Below, piece after piece: positions 7,847 through 17,107 of a DNA stretch of 64,000 nt. The notes under the pieces are model-generated. The model was given only the letters and a program-made list of their open reading frames with translations, had not been told where the DNA came from and ran no database searches. A program made the position numbers and the translations under genes. The DNA lies in the NCBI GenBank assembly GCA_944392585.1, contig CALXXA010000025.1:25701-89700 (forward strand). The letters run 5' to 3'. Position 1 is the stretch's first letter, and every line of letters starts with the position of its first letter. Source of the DNA: an uncultured Alphaproteobacteria bacterium (GTDB lineage Bacteria > Pseudomonadota > Alphaproteobacteria > CAAHEQ01 > UBA3637).

Positions 7847-9972
7847 TACACGGCTCCCAATGTCTTCAAAACAACCCGAACGAAGAAAGAAGTATCTCCT
7901 TTATAATCACGATCTTTTGTAAACTCTTTCTCTCCTGAAAATATTAAGATAAGGCATTCATTTTCATATTGCAAGCCGCCTCCGGCTTTAATAGGACCTC
8001 CGCCACTTGCCAAGTCATATTGATAAAATCCGTAAGTAGACCAATCACGAGATATTTTTGAATTAAAACTTAATGTAATTTCTTCTCTGTCTCGTAATGT
8101 TTTTGTTTCTAAGTTTTCTTTATTAGCCGTCAAATATAGATAGCTGACTCCTATGCGGAAAGGATTTCTCCCAGCTCTTAAGGTTACTTCAGACATTTCA
8201 TGTTTTAAATTATTTTGATTTATCCTAAACCGATAATTTAAAAAAACATCTTGTATATTAACATTCAACCGTCCTACATAAGAAGAAAAAGAATCTTCGA
8301 ATCCAGACCCTTTTGAAACTATATCATCTTCATGGAAACGATAAGCTTGTCCGACCAATCCGGAAACAGACATATTCCCTTTCGCATAAAGCGTCCATTG
8401 CAATCCATAGTTCAATCTTAATCCTGTTTCCACTCGATCGTACCCATTATATCGATTCGTTGAAAATAAAGTAATATCATCGAACTCATAATCTAAACTA
8501 TCCTCATTAGGAATATCATTATTCGAAGACGTATTAGGAGACCAAACCCCCATAATAATCGGTTCTAAAATTTGACTATAATTTTCTGATTGTTGTATAA
8601 AAGGATATCGCATTTCAACAGACATATTAGGATAAACTCTTGAAGTTTCTTTTGTTCCCTCTTGATCATTCCAATCTATGATATATCCATCGAATCGAAT
8701 ACTTGCTTGAGTATTAAACACAGCTCCTATTGAAGAAACATACGGCATCTCGAAAGCTTGTAAAAAAGAAATTCTGGAGGAATCAACGCCACTGTCCTTG
8801 TAAATACCTGCGGAATTTACTTGAGAGAAAGAATATAATCCTTTGTAAAACGGATTTGTTACATATTGATAATTAAATTGAGGAACGATCGGCATACTTC
8901 TATTGGACACATCATTTCTTAAGTTTTGGAAGCTATAAACTCTGGCATATGCATAATCTTGCTTTCCGAAGTAATCGACTGTAGCATCACTTTGAATCCA
9001 CGGAGCCTGATCATCAACGTGGTCAATTGGATAGCGTCTAAAATAAGTATCGTCGCTTACTCTAAAATAATTTCCTCTAAAGCGTAATTGGTTTGTTATA
9101 TCATACTGAAAATTTGCTTTAATATGTCCTTGATTGTCTTTATCATCATCCTGGGTCGCGGAAAAATCCATTGTTAGAGCACTTTGATGATAAATTCCTC
9201 GATATTGTCCCTGAAGCAAAGGAACATGGGAAGGGGAAAGAATAGGAGAAATATATAAATCCTGACTATTGGAAATGGCCCAAAAAAAAGGCACTTCGAC
9301 ACCCGCGCCCATTTCCGTGGAACTTGCTAAAGAAGGAGCTAGAAAACCTGTTTTTCTTTTAACTTGAAAATCCGGATACGCTAAATAAGGCCAGTAGAAT
9401 ACCGGAAGTCCTTTGACATCCAAGAAAGCATGTTTATATATAAATTCTTTTTCTTCATAATTATGAGTTACTTCTTGTGCACGAACACTCCAAATAGGCT
9501 TTGTTTCTTTGCAATAATCACACGGAGTAAAAAAAACATCTTTCAGGCATGTTTCATTTCCCATGTCTTTCCGCATAATGCTATCTGCAAGAAAGATAGA
9601 TCCATCGGCTAACCGCATTTCAACAATTCGAATAACGCCTTGTTTTAGTTGATCTGTCATTTGAGCGTGCTCAGATTCGATAACAACTCCGTCCGGTCGT
9701 TTTAATACGACATGCCCAATTGCGTCCAATTGATCTGTTTTCCTGTCGTAAATGATTTTATCGGCCGTTAAAGTTGTTTTATCCTGAATAATGATAACAT
9801 TTCCTTGAGCGGTTACAACATCATTCTGTTCATTATAAGAAAAAGAATCCGCTTCAAAAGTAATCGGCAAATCTGTATTTTGTTTTGTATCTGTTACAAA
9901 CTGATGTTGAACGGCATCGGCGTTATTTCCATATAAACAGAGGAAACATATAAAAAAAACAGCCTTTTTCAT
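7846..9972 (-). CDS. lptD: LPS-assembly outer membrane protein LptD. This is the part of the 1074-codon ORF that begins at the internal ATG 9972..9970, MKKAVFFICFLCLYGNNADA.
   Basis: About 708 aa with its own signal peptide and the large beta-rich OstA-like sequence. It lies upstream of surA as in other proteobacteria. Confidence 0.8.
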   Translation of the reverse strand: MKKAVFFICFLCLYGNNADAVQHQFVTDTKQNTDLPITFEADSFSYNEQNDVVTAQGNVIIIQDKTTLTADKIIYDRKTDQLDAIGHVVLKRPDGVVIESEHAQMTDQLKQGVIRIVEMRLADGSIFLADSIMRKDMGNETCLKDVFFTPCDYCKETKPIWSVRAQEVTHNYEEKEFIYKHAFLDVKGLPVFYWPYLAYPDFQVKRKTGFLAPSLASSTEMGAGVEVPFFWAISNSQDLYISPILSPSHVPLLQGQYRGIYHQSALTMDFSATQDDDKDNQGHIKANFQYDITNQLRFRGNYFRVSDDTYFRRYPIDHVDDQAPWIQSDATVDYFGKQDYAYARVYSFQNLRNDVSNRSMPIVPQFNYQYVTNPFYKGLYSFSQVNSAGIYKDSGVDSSRISFLQAFEMPYVSSIGAVFNTQASIRFDGYIIDWNDQEGTKETSRVYPNMSVEMRYPFIQQSENYSQILEPIIMGVWSPNTSSNNDIPNEDSLDYEFDDITLFSTNRYNGYDRVETGLRLNYGLQWTLYAKGNMSVSGLVGQAYRFHEDDIVSKGSGFEDSFSSYVGRLNVNIQDVFLNYRFRINQNNLKHEMSEVTLRAGRNPFRIGVSYLYLTANKENLETKTLRDREEITLSFNSKISRDWSTYGFYQYDLASGGGPIKAGGGLQYENECLILIFSGEKEFTKDRDYKGDTSFFVRVVLKTLGAV

Positions 9973-11070
9973 CCCAATCCGCCAAAAAGATCCTCTATAT
10001 AAAATAATTCCTCCGAAAAGCAATGGGAACAAAATATTGATTGCCATCAAAGGTAAGTAAATCAAATTCTTATTTGATAAGTTTTCAAACCCTAATGATA
10101 AAGACTGAATAATAATAACACTTACAACTGCTAAATAAATTCGACCGTTTTGACCTCTTCGATTATAATACCCTAATAAAAACGGAATTAAAGCAATAAC
10201 CAAATATACAAGGGAATATAATGGTTGTGTTAGTCTTTTAAACGCTTCAACTTTATACTCACGATAATCAGCCTTACTTAAATGAGGTGTTTTTTCTGTT
10301 GCCTCCAACAATGAATATAAAGATTGTTCATCCTCGGTTTGTATACGTGTTTTCGGGTTTTGTTTTTCATCTTCCAAAATCATCGTATAATGTTCAAAGC
10401 TCAAAGAAGAGAAAATAGCATTTTGACGATTATATTCTTGTCGTTGCCCATTGTTCATTACAATTTTTGAGACATTATTCCCTGGAATAAAAAACCCTTT
10501 TTCAGCGACTAAAATGACTCTTTTCCCAGGATCTCTTGTATCATGAATAAAAATCCCTTTCAGCTCTCCGGAACTCCTAAAAACACGTACGTAAGCCGTC
10601 ACATTATTGGAGAGATTATTAAATTCACCTTCTTGCAACATAACATGAGCTAGATCATTTCTGATTTTAAATCGAAGTTCTTTAAAACGTGCAACAGAAT
10701 CCGGCACTAACCATAAAGTCAGGAAATATCCTATTATGACTAAGATTATTCCGATATACAACGCTGGTTTCGCCAGTTGCCACGGAGACATGCCGACAGC
10801 TTTCATAACGACCAACTCTCTATCTGCCAATAATCTATTATAAGTAAACAATAAAATTATAAAAAAAGCCAATGGCGTAATAACAACTATAAAATTAGGC
10901 AGGACTAGAAAAGTCAATTCCATAAATAAATTGACAGATACCCCTTTATTCACAATCCAATCAATCATTCTTAAGGATTGTGATAACCAAATAATTCCGG
11001 TCATTCCAAGAGCAATTAGAAGAAATCCGATAAAAAGCTGTCTTGTAATATATTTATTTATTATTTTCAT
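9973..11070 (-). CDS. lptG: LptF/LptG family LPS export permease (YjgP/YjgQ). It reads in-frame into lptD with no stop codon.
   Basis: The N-terminal 366 aa of ORF 7846..11070 show the MKIINKYITRQLF... start and the six-TM architecture typical of LptF/LptG. The junction ..RGSFWRIG|MKKAVFF.. contains no stop. Confidence 0.7.
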
Positions 11071-11085
11071 GGAGACTCTAACATA

Positions 11086-12042
11086 TCAGATTTTACTTAC
11101 ATGAGACAAAGGATGATTGGTTTCGACTAAATTTTTTAATCTATCTGGCAACACATGTGTATAAATTTCCGTTGTTGAAATATCCGAATGTCCCAACATT
11201 TTTTGAACGCTTCGTAAATCAGCATTATGCGCAATTAAATGACTGGCGAAAGAATGCCTAAAAACATGTGGAGAAACTCTATTTGGACTAATTCCAACAG
11301 AAATCGCTAATTTTTTTAAAGACTTAAAAAAGGCATCTCTTGTAATATACCCTTGACGAGCTGTTTGGCTTGGAAAGAGCCACTTTGATTTTTGTCCTCT
11401 TTTCAAAGAGTTTTCACGTCCTTTTGATACCCATTGATCGATAGCACGTTTTGCGGGATCATTGAGAGGAACCATTCTTTGTTTATATCCTTTCCCAGTA
11501 ACCATAATCATAGTATTATCATGTAAGACGGCAGAAAGCGGCAAAGAAACCAATTCACTGACTCGCATACCAGAAGCATATAAAATTTCAAGCATTGTTT
11601 TAAGACGAAGATCTTTTTTTTGTGCTTCTTCTAACAAAGAATTAACCTCCTCTTCTGTTAAGTACTTTGGTAATGATTTTCCTATCTTGGGAGCGTCTAA
11701 TAAATCCGTCGGATTATCTTCTCTTATTCCTTCGGAATACAAGAATCTAAAAAATTCTCGAATAGCCGACAGACGCCTCGCCTGGGTCTTAGGAGACAAT
11801 CCTCCGCGCACAACACTATGCATATAAAGAGTTAAAATGCTTCTATCCGCTTTTTCCATTTTTCGTTTATTCGCTTTTAAAAAACTCTCTAAATCTTCCA
11901 AATCATGCTTATACGCAGCGATTGTTCTGGGACTTGCACCACGTTCGGCAACGATAATACTTAAAAAAGAATCAATAAAACGATTCACTCTATGAAATCC
12001 TTTCAAGCATCCATTGCTCAACCAACGCATCAAAACCCGCAA
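11086..12042 (-). CDS. xerD: Tyrosine recombinase XerD (chromosome dimer resolution).
   Basis: Has C-terminal catalytic motifs (...HVFRHSFASHLI...LGHSDISTTEIYTHV) and a XerD-type N-terminal core-binding region. The true start is probably an internal Met near 12030, so the ORF call is over-extended. Confidence 0.8.
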   Translation of the reverse strand: MRVLMRWLSNGCLKGFHRVNRFIDSFLSIIVAERGASPRTIAAYKHDLEDLESFLKANKRKMEKADRSILTLYMHSVVRGGLSPKTQARRLSAIREFFRFLYSEGIREDNPTDLLDAPKIGKSLPKYLTEEEVNSLLEEAQKKDLRLKTMLEILYASGMRVSELVSLPLSAVLHDNTMIMVTGKGYKQRMVPLNDPAKRAIDQWVSKGRENSLKRGQKSKWLFPSQTARQGYITRDAFFKSLKKLAISVGISPNRVSPHVFRHSFASHLIAHNADLRSVQKMLGHSDISTTEIYTHVLPDRLKNLVETNHPLSHVSKI

Positions 12043-13108
12043 ATTTTAATACATTAAAAGCAATAAGTAAATTAGCCGTATTTTCTTGTAACATTTCCAG
12101 AGCCATTAAAACATCGGCTCCCGTTATATTCTGTGATTTTTTATTGTATAAAAAGACGACTAAAGGACTGATTGTACAATTAATTGTCCCTTCATCAAAA
12201 ACACGATTCTTATACATATAATAAACATCCGGATGGAAAACATTCAAATAGTCTGATAATTGAATAAGCCTTAAAGTTTGTTCTTCAGGACTGATTTGCT
12301 GTTTTCCCCACCGTTCTTTAAGATTTTTCAAATTAACAGCATTTTTAAAACCTTGTTTAAAAGAAACCTTCTCAATAGGCTTCATGAAAGGAGGGATTGT
12401 TTCAAAGGAGATTCCTTTTACGCCTAGTTTTTGGATTAAAAAAGCATCTATCGGCGTAACGGAAGAAACATGTTCGACTTGGAAACTTGTTCCATACAAC
12501 TGATGAGAAATTAAATCAGAAAATAATGTTTCATGAGCAAAGCGTTCTCGCCATAATTCATAAGCTAATCGAGCTTTTTCAATATCTTCTCCAAAAGTCA
12601 GGCATAAGATATCCGCTTTTTGCCAAAAATCATTTCGGCTATTTTGAGACTGAGAAACAAGACACGCTTTATCTAATTCATTTTGCATTAAAAGTGCGTT
12701 AAAATAAAACGGCAAAAACGGCACTCTTTGGGAATAAGAAGGAATGGCATCAATGAGCTGAACAACATCGTTAAATCTTGCTAAATCAAACAATCCTTTA
12801 ATACGCAAAGCCAACCACACTCCTTGATCTGCTTCTTCCTGCCGAACATACAAGGTAGAAGAAGCCAAGACAGTTGCCGTCATTTGATTCAAAAAAACGG
12901 AGGAACGATCTTGTGTTAAGTTATTAATAATTCCCTCCAAAGGGGACATAGGATAAGTTCCCCAAGTATTAAAAGCGGCAGGATAAAGCCCTACGGAATC
13001 AAGAGATGGAGGAGGTAAAGTTTCCACCTGTAAAGATTGTGCATAAAGTTGTCCTGAGAAAAACAAGAAGAAACTTATGCAAAAGAGCTTAATTTTTAAA
13101 TGTATCAT
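11990..13108 (-). CDS. Hypothetical periplasmic protein (signal peptide MIHLKIKLFCISFFLFFSGQLYA).
   Basis: Start trimmed to the Met that opens the hydrophobic signal peptide. I recognise no family. Confidence 0.5.
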   Translation of the reverse strand: MIHLKIKLFCISFFLFFSGQLYAQSLQVETLPPPSLDSVGLYPAAFNTWGTYPMSPLEGIINNLTQDRSSVFLNQMTATVLASSTLYVRQEEADQGVWLALRIKGLFDLARFNDVVQLIDAIPSYSQRVPFLPFYFNALLMQNELDKACLVSQSQNSRNDFWQKADILCLTFGEDIEKARLAYELWRERFAHETLFSDLISHQLYGTSFQVEHVSSVTPIDAFLIQKLGVKGISFETIPPFMKPIEKVSFKQGFKNAVNLKNLKERWGKQQISPEEQTLRLIQLSDYLNVFHPDVYYMYKNRVFDEGTINCTISPLVVFLYNKKSQNITGADVLMALEMLQENTANLLIAFNVLKFAGFDALVEQWMLERIS

Positions 13109-13303
13109 TTGGAATAATTTTTTCAACTGAATGAGTCGGAACCGGGACATCCCAAATAGCAACGAAAATTCCGCCTATAACGAGAGCCACTAGAATTAAT
13201 TTTAACCAAATATGTTTTTTTTCTTTTCTCATTTTGACACTTTTCCTAGACTTATACAACAAAAATGATTATTCTTTAAAATCAAGATTAATGTCAACAG
13301 AAG

Positions 13304-13882
13304 ATGATGTCAATAAAAACAACGATGCATATTAAAATAACAGAACCAAAAATCATTTTATTGGTCGGAATGATGGGATGCGGGAAAACAACTCTTGGAA
13401 AAGTTCTTTCCAAGCGCTTAGATCTTCCCTTCATTGATAGCGACAAAGAAATAGAAAAAGCATCCGGATGTAGTATTTCGGATTTATTCGCCACATATGG
13501 AGAAGAAGAATTTCGTCGTGGAGAAGAACGAATTATGGCTCGTCTTTTAACACAGAGCAAACCGTGTGTTTTATCTTCCGGCGGTGGAGCTTTCTTGTCA
13601 CTAAAGACACAAAATATTGCAAAAAAGCATGCCATTTCCATTTGGATTAGAGCCGATGTTGACTTATTAAGCCACCGAACAGAGGGACGAAAACACCGCC
13701 CCTTAGTTCCGGCGAAAGATAACAAAAAAGCACTTGAACGACTTGTTAAAGAATGTTATCCATTATATGCGAACGCTGATTTAACATTAGATACACATCC
13801 AGAACCCATTTCCAAAACGGTTCAACGGCTTTTAAATCTTTTAAAAGAAAATAAGGCTATTAAAGTATCGGAGGATTCATGA
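13304..13882 (+). CDS. aroK: Shikimate kinase.
   Basis: Walker A motif LVGMMGCGKTTLGK, DSD motif and length about 185 aa. Confidence 0.85.
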   Translation: MMSIKTTMHIKITEPKIILLVGMMGCGKTTLGKVLSKRLDLPFIDSDKEIEKASGCSISDLFATYGEEEFRRGEERIMARLLTQSKPCVLSSGGGAFLSLKTQNIAKKHAISIWIRADVDLLSHRTEGRKHRPLVPAKDNKKALERLVKECYPLYANADLTLDTHPEPISKTVQRLLNLLKENKAIKVSEDS

Positions 13883-15150
13883 CTGTTTCAATTATTATCT
13901 TATGCCTTTGTTTATTTTTATCTTTCTTCTTTTCAGGGACGGAGACTGCTCTTACGGCATCTTCGGATCCTCTGATGCATGAGTTAGAGAAAAAAGGGAA
14001 CCATCGTGCGTATTTAGTAAAAAAAATCAAACGGAACCCTGACCGTTTCTTAGGGATGATTTTATTTGGAAATAATGTCGTCAATATAACTGCAACAGCC
14101 ATTACAACAAGTTTATGCGTTTTACTTTTTGGAGCTAAATGGGGTGTCGTCGTTTCAACATTCGGAGTCAGTTTCGTCGTTTTAATATTTTGTGAGATTA
14201 TGCCTAAGACATTTGCGATTCGCAACCCAAATACAATAGCGTTGTTTGTTTCTCCGATTGTCTCTGTTTTAACATTTATTTTATCTCCGATAGTTGTTTT
14301 TATGAACACCGTCGTACAAGGAGCCATGAAAGCTCTCGGTCTATTACATCAAGAGAAGTTGAGAGACTCCGCCAAAACAGAACTCAGAGGAGTCATAGAC
14401 ATGCAAAAAAGCGATTCGATAAAATCCGAACGCCTTATGTTAAAAAGTGTCTTAGATTTAAGTGATGTGCACGTTAACGACGTGATGATCCACAGAGGGA
14501 AAATGGTATCTTTAGATGTAAATCAACCGGTACGCCAACTTATAGCAAAAGCACTGAATTCTCCCTATACAAGAATTCCTTTATGGAAGGGGAAAAAAGA
14601 TAACATCGTCGGCGTCTTACATGTGAAATCTCTATTCAGAGCCCTTCAAAACCATATGCAAGACTTGGATTCTTTTGATGTTTTAACAGTTGCCACAAAA
14701 CCATGGTTTATACTAGAAACGACTTCTTTATTAGCTCAACTCCAGGCTTTTAGAAAAAGACATGAACACTTTGCTTTAGTAATCGATGAATATGGTGTTT
14801 TGCAAGGAGTTATATCGTTAGAAGATGTTTTAGAAGAAATTGTGGGAGACATCATAGACGAAACAGATTATCCATCAGAAGAATCTTTTAAAACGACTCC
14901 ACAACCAGACGGATCTATAATTGTAGATGGGGCTTCATCTATCCGTGATTTAAACAGACATTTCGGGTGGGATCTGCCGGATGATAATTTTTCAACTGTT
15001 GCTGGGTTACTTTTGTATGAAACAGAACGTATTCCTAAAAAAGACGCTGTTTATTCTTTTTACGGCTTTACTTTTAAGATTCTAGAAAAAAAAGGAAACC
15101 GAGTAACAAGCATATTAATTACGCCTCCTATGGAAGCAGAAGAAAATTAA
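13879..15150 (+). CDS. CorC/HlyC (CNNM) family membrane protein with DUF21, CBS pair and CorC_HlyC domains.
   Basis: 423 aa with N-terminal TM helices, a CBS region and the C-terminal transporter-associated domain. Start overlaps the aroK stop (ATGA). Confidence 0.8.
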   Translation: MTVSIIILCLCLFLSFFFSGTETALTASSDPLMHELEKKGNHRAYLVKKIKRNPDRFLGMILFGNNVVNITATAITTSLCVLLFGAKWGVVVSTFGVSFVVLIFCEIMPKTFAIRNPNTIALFVSPIVSVLTFILSPIVVFMNTVVQGAMKALGLLHQEKLRDSAKTELRGVIDMQKSDSIKSERLMLKSVLDLSDVHVNDVMIHRGKMVSLDVNQPVRQLIAKALNSPYTRIPLWKGKKDNIVGVLHVKSLFRALQNHMQDLDSFDVLTVATKPWFILETTSLLAQLQAFRKRHEHFALVIDEYGVLQGVISLEDVLEEIVGDIIDETDYPSEESFKTTPQPDGSIIVDGASSIRDLNRHFGWDLPDDNFSTVAGLLLYETERIPKKDAVYSFYGFTFKILEKKGNRVTSILITPPMEAEEN

Positions 15151-15953
15151 GCGTCTAAAACTAAACATTGTTGATGACTTTCATCAAATAAAACGCAAAA
15201 TATAGGGCCGTCAAAACCGCCGCTACCGGCAAGAGTCGTATAATAAGGAACATTTAAAATACCTCCTTTTTCTTGGACCGGGAAATGACGAATTATCCGA
15301 TTAAAACCCATATATGGGTAAGGACGTACAAACGGTAAATGACCTCCCCACCAAAAAGCATCCCCTTGTAAATGAAGCGAGACATCATGATTAATCCCAA
15401 AATGAACGATTAATAAATCATTATCACTTGTATACGCGGCATGTTTCAGTTCCGCCATGTAATCAATATGCCCGTCATGTTCTTGTTGAGCCTTGCGAAG
15501 AGCTGTTGTCCATCTAGACATTGCGACAACGCCTTGAGGCAAAATTCGCTTTCCCTCTTCGGGATCGATCCCATAGGAAATCAAAACTTTTCTTAATCCA
15601 TGTTTCAACATCCATTCATAAACATCCAAAGGATTGTTAGCAAATTGAATTTGCATTAAACGATGGAACATTTCTTCTTGTTGCCCGCGTAAATAAATAA
15701 CATCATTTTGAGAAACTCCGGGAATTGAAATCAAAGCTCTTCTAAATATCAGAGCTTCATCTATTGTTTTCACGGTATCAGGTCCCGCTCCCATTATGTT
15801 TCCTAAATAAACGATAACGTCTCCGACTTTAAATTCAGTAGCTATTTTCTTATGGAGGAATCGAAGTCTAATAACATCTCCTGCGGGGGGAGAAACGACC
15901 CATATTCTTTTTTTTTCTGGGATAACAGCAAAGATATCTTTTTGTAACATCAT
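15147..15953 (-). CDS. Metallophosphoesterase (calcineurin-like Ser/Thr phosphatase / ApaH-like).
   Basis: 268 aa with GD..VYLGN.MG.GP and RGQQE/GNHE-like motifs. Confidence 0.6.
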   Translation of the reverse strand: MMLQKDIFAVIPEKKRIWVVSPPAGDVIRLRFLHKKIATEFKVGDVIVYLGNIMGAGPDTVKTIDEALIFRRALISIPGVSQNDVIYLRGQQEEMFHRLMQIQFANNPLDVYEWMLKHGLRKVLISYGIDPEEGKRILPQGVVAMSRWTTALRKAQQEHDGHIDYMAELKHAAYTSDNDLLIVHFGINHDVSLHLQGDAFWWGGHLPFVRPYPYMGFNRIIRHFPVQEKGGILNVPYYTTLAGSGGFDGPIFCVLFDESHQQCLVLDA

Positions 15954-16118
15954 AAGATATATTTTAAATTAATTCGTGAAAAAAGAAAGGTTTAAATAAA
16001 GATTCTTTAAATTTTTTTAAGTTCCGACCACTTTTGACAGCAATCAGAATCGGAAACAACTCTAATCACAAATCTACCATTCAGCCAAACATGTTTTTTA
16101 TACATGTTTTTTTATAAT

Positions 16119-16616
16119 TTATTCTCCATTTAGGATATTCTTCAATTTTAGAGACGCTTCGTCAATACCAATATTCTCACATGCGGCATATTCGTGAGCC
16201 AACCTATTAAAGGCTTGTTCGAAGACCTGTCTTTCGCTATAAGATTGTTCTCCTTTATCCGCAGGTTTATGTAAATCACGCACGACTTCCGCAATTAAGC
16301 AAGGATCTCCGGAATTAATTTTTGCATCATATTCCTGACTGCGACGGCTCCACATTGTTTTTTTAACTTTAGGTTTTCCCTTTAAATTTTTCAAAGCAGA
16401 ATTCATGATATCTTTAGAAGACAACGGACGTAATCCTGTTTTTTGCATACGCGTCATAGGAATACGCATTGTCATACGATCTTTGTCAAAACTTACAGCG
16501 ATTAACTCTAAGGTTTGACCGCCCACTTCATCTTGAGTAATATCCAAAACCTTACCGACGCCATGTGTCGGATAAACGACGAAATCTCCTGGATTAAAAC
16601 GATATTCTTTTGACAT
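16119..16616 (-). CDS. cdnL: CarD/CdnL family transcriptional regulator (RNA polymerase-binding).
   Basis: 165 aa with GDFVVYPTHGVGKV motif. Conserved neighbour of fdxA in alphaproteobacteria. Confidence 0.85.
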   Translation of the reverse strand: MSKEYRFNPGDFVVYPTHGVGKVLDITQDEVGGQTLELIAVSFDKDRMTMRIPMTRMQKTGLRPLSSKDIMNSALKNLKGKPKVKKTMWSRRSQEYDAKINSGDPCLIAEVVRDLHKPADKGEQSYSERQVFEQAFNRLAHEYAACENIGIDEASLKLKNILNGE

Positions 16617-16675
16617 TTAACCTTCTCTTTTCTAATTTTGGAGTTCATGATAGCACAAAAAAACAAGTTTGTGAA

Positions 16676-16710
16676 GACAAAAAAGCCGGTGTTTTATGAA
16701 AATACCGGCT
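16676..16710 (-). terminator. Rho-independent terminator downstream of fdxA.
   Basis: Perfect 7-bp stem agccggt/accggct (16684..16690 and 16704..16710) with a 13-nt loop. On the minus strand a TTTTTTGTC tract follows. Confidence 0.45.
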
Positions 16711-16717
16711 TAAGAAA

Positions 16718-16957
16718 TTATTTAGAGGCAACAGGCCACTCTTTAGCCTTTTCCGCGTTAAATGCTATCCATTTTGCATCTGCTTCACTATCATTGCAGA
16801 TAGCATTTTGAGGACACTCCCCGATACAAACACCGCAATCAATACAGGCACTTGGATCAACGACGACCTGCGTATCACCTTCATGAAAAGCATCTACAGG
16901 ACAAACCTCAACACAACTTTTGCATAAAACGCAAGAATCATTTACTACTGAAGGCAT
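16718..16957 (-). CDS. fdxA: 4Fe-4S ferredoxin.
   Basis: 79 aa with two Cys clusters, CVLCKSCVEVCP and CIDCGVCIGECP. Confidence 0.8.
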   Translation of the reverse strand: MPSVVNDSCVLCKSCVEVCPVDAFHEGDTQVVVDPSACIDCGVCIGECPQNAICNDSEADAKWIAFNAEKAKEWPVASK

Positions 16958-17039
16958 ATTTTTACTCCTTTATTTTAAAAATTAAACGTCTTCTTTATAG
17001 ACCTTTTCCATAAAAAAAACAAGTTCATTTTAAAATAAT

Positions 17040-17070
17040 CTTGATTTTTTTTTGAGTATCTTCCATATAC
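17040..17070 (+). promoter_or_regulatory. Candidate sigma-32 (RpoH) heat-shock promoter for htpG.
   Basis: CTTGA (17040..17044), an 18-nt spacer, then CCATATAC (17063..17070). This resembles the CTTG-N17/18-CYTATNT consensus and lies about 40 nt upstream of the htpG ATG. Confidence 0.35.
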
Positions 17071-17107
17071 TCTATACAAAAGCATATTTAAACAGAAAGG
17101 ATACCTC

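Noticed and set aside
9430-9612. 60-aa plus-strand ORF inside lptD
   Set aside because: Antisense within a long conserved CDS.
11086-12042. Tyrosine recombinase as a phage integrase or mobile-element marker
   Set aside because: The N-terminal core-binding region and C-terminus are XerD-like. There is no flanking phage genes, tRNA or repeats. It is embedded in conserved housekeeping synteny.
13294-14327. Minus-strand ORFs 13294..13725 and 13860..14327
   Set aside because: They are antisense to the well-supported aroK and corC genes. Low-complexity sequence with no motifs.
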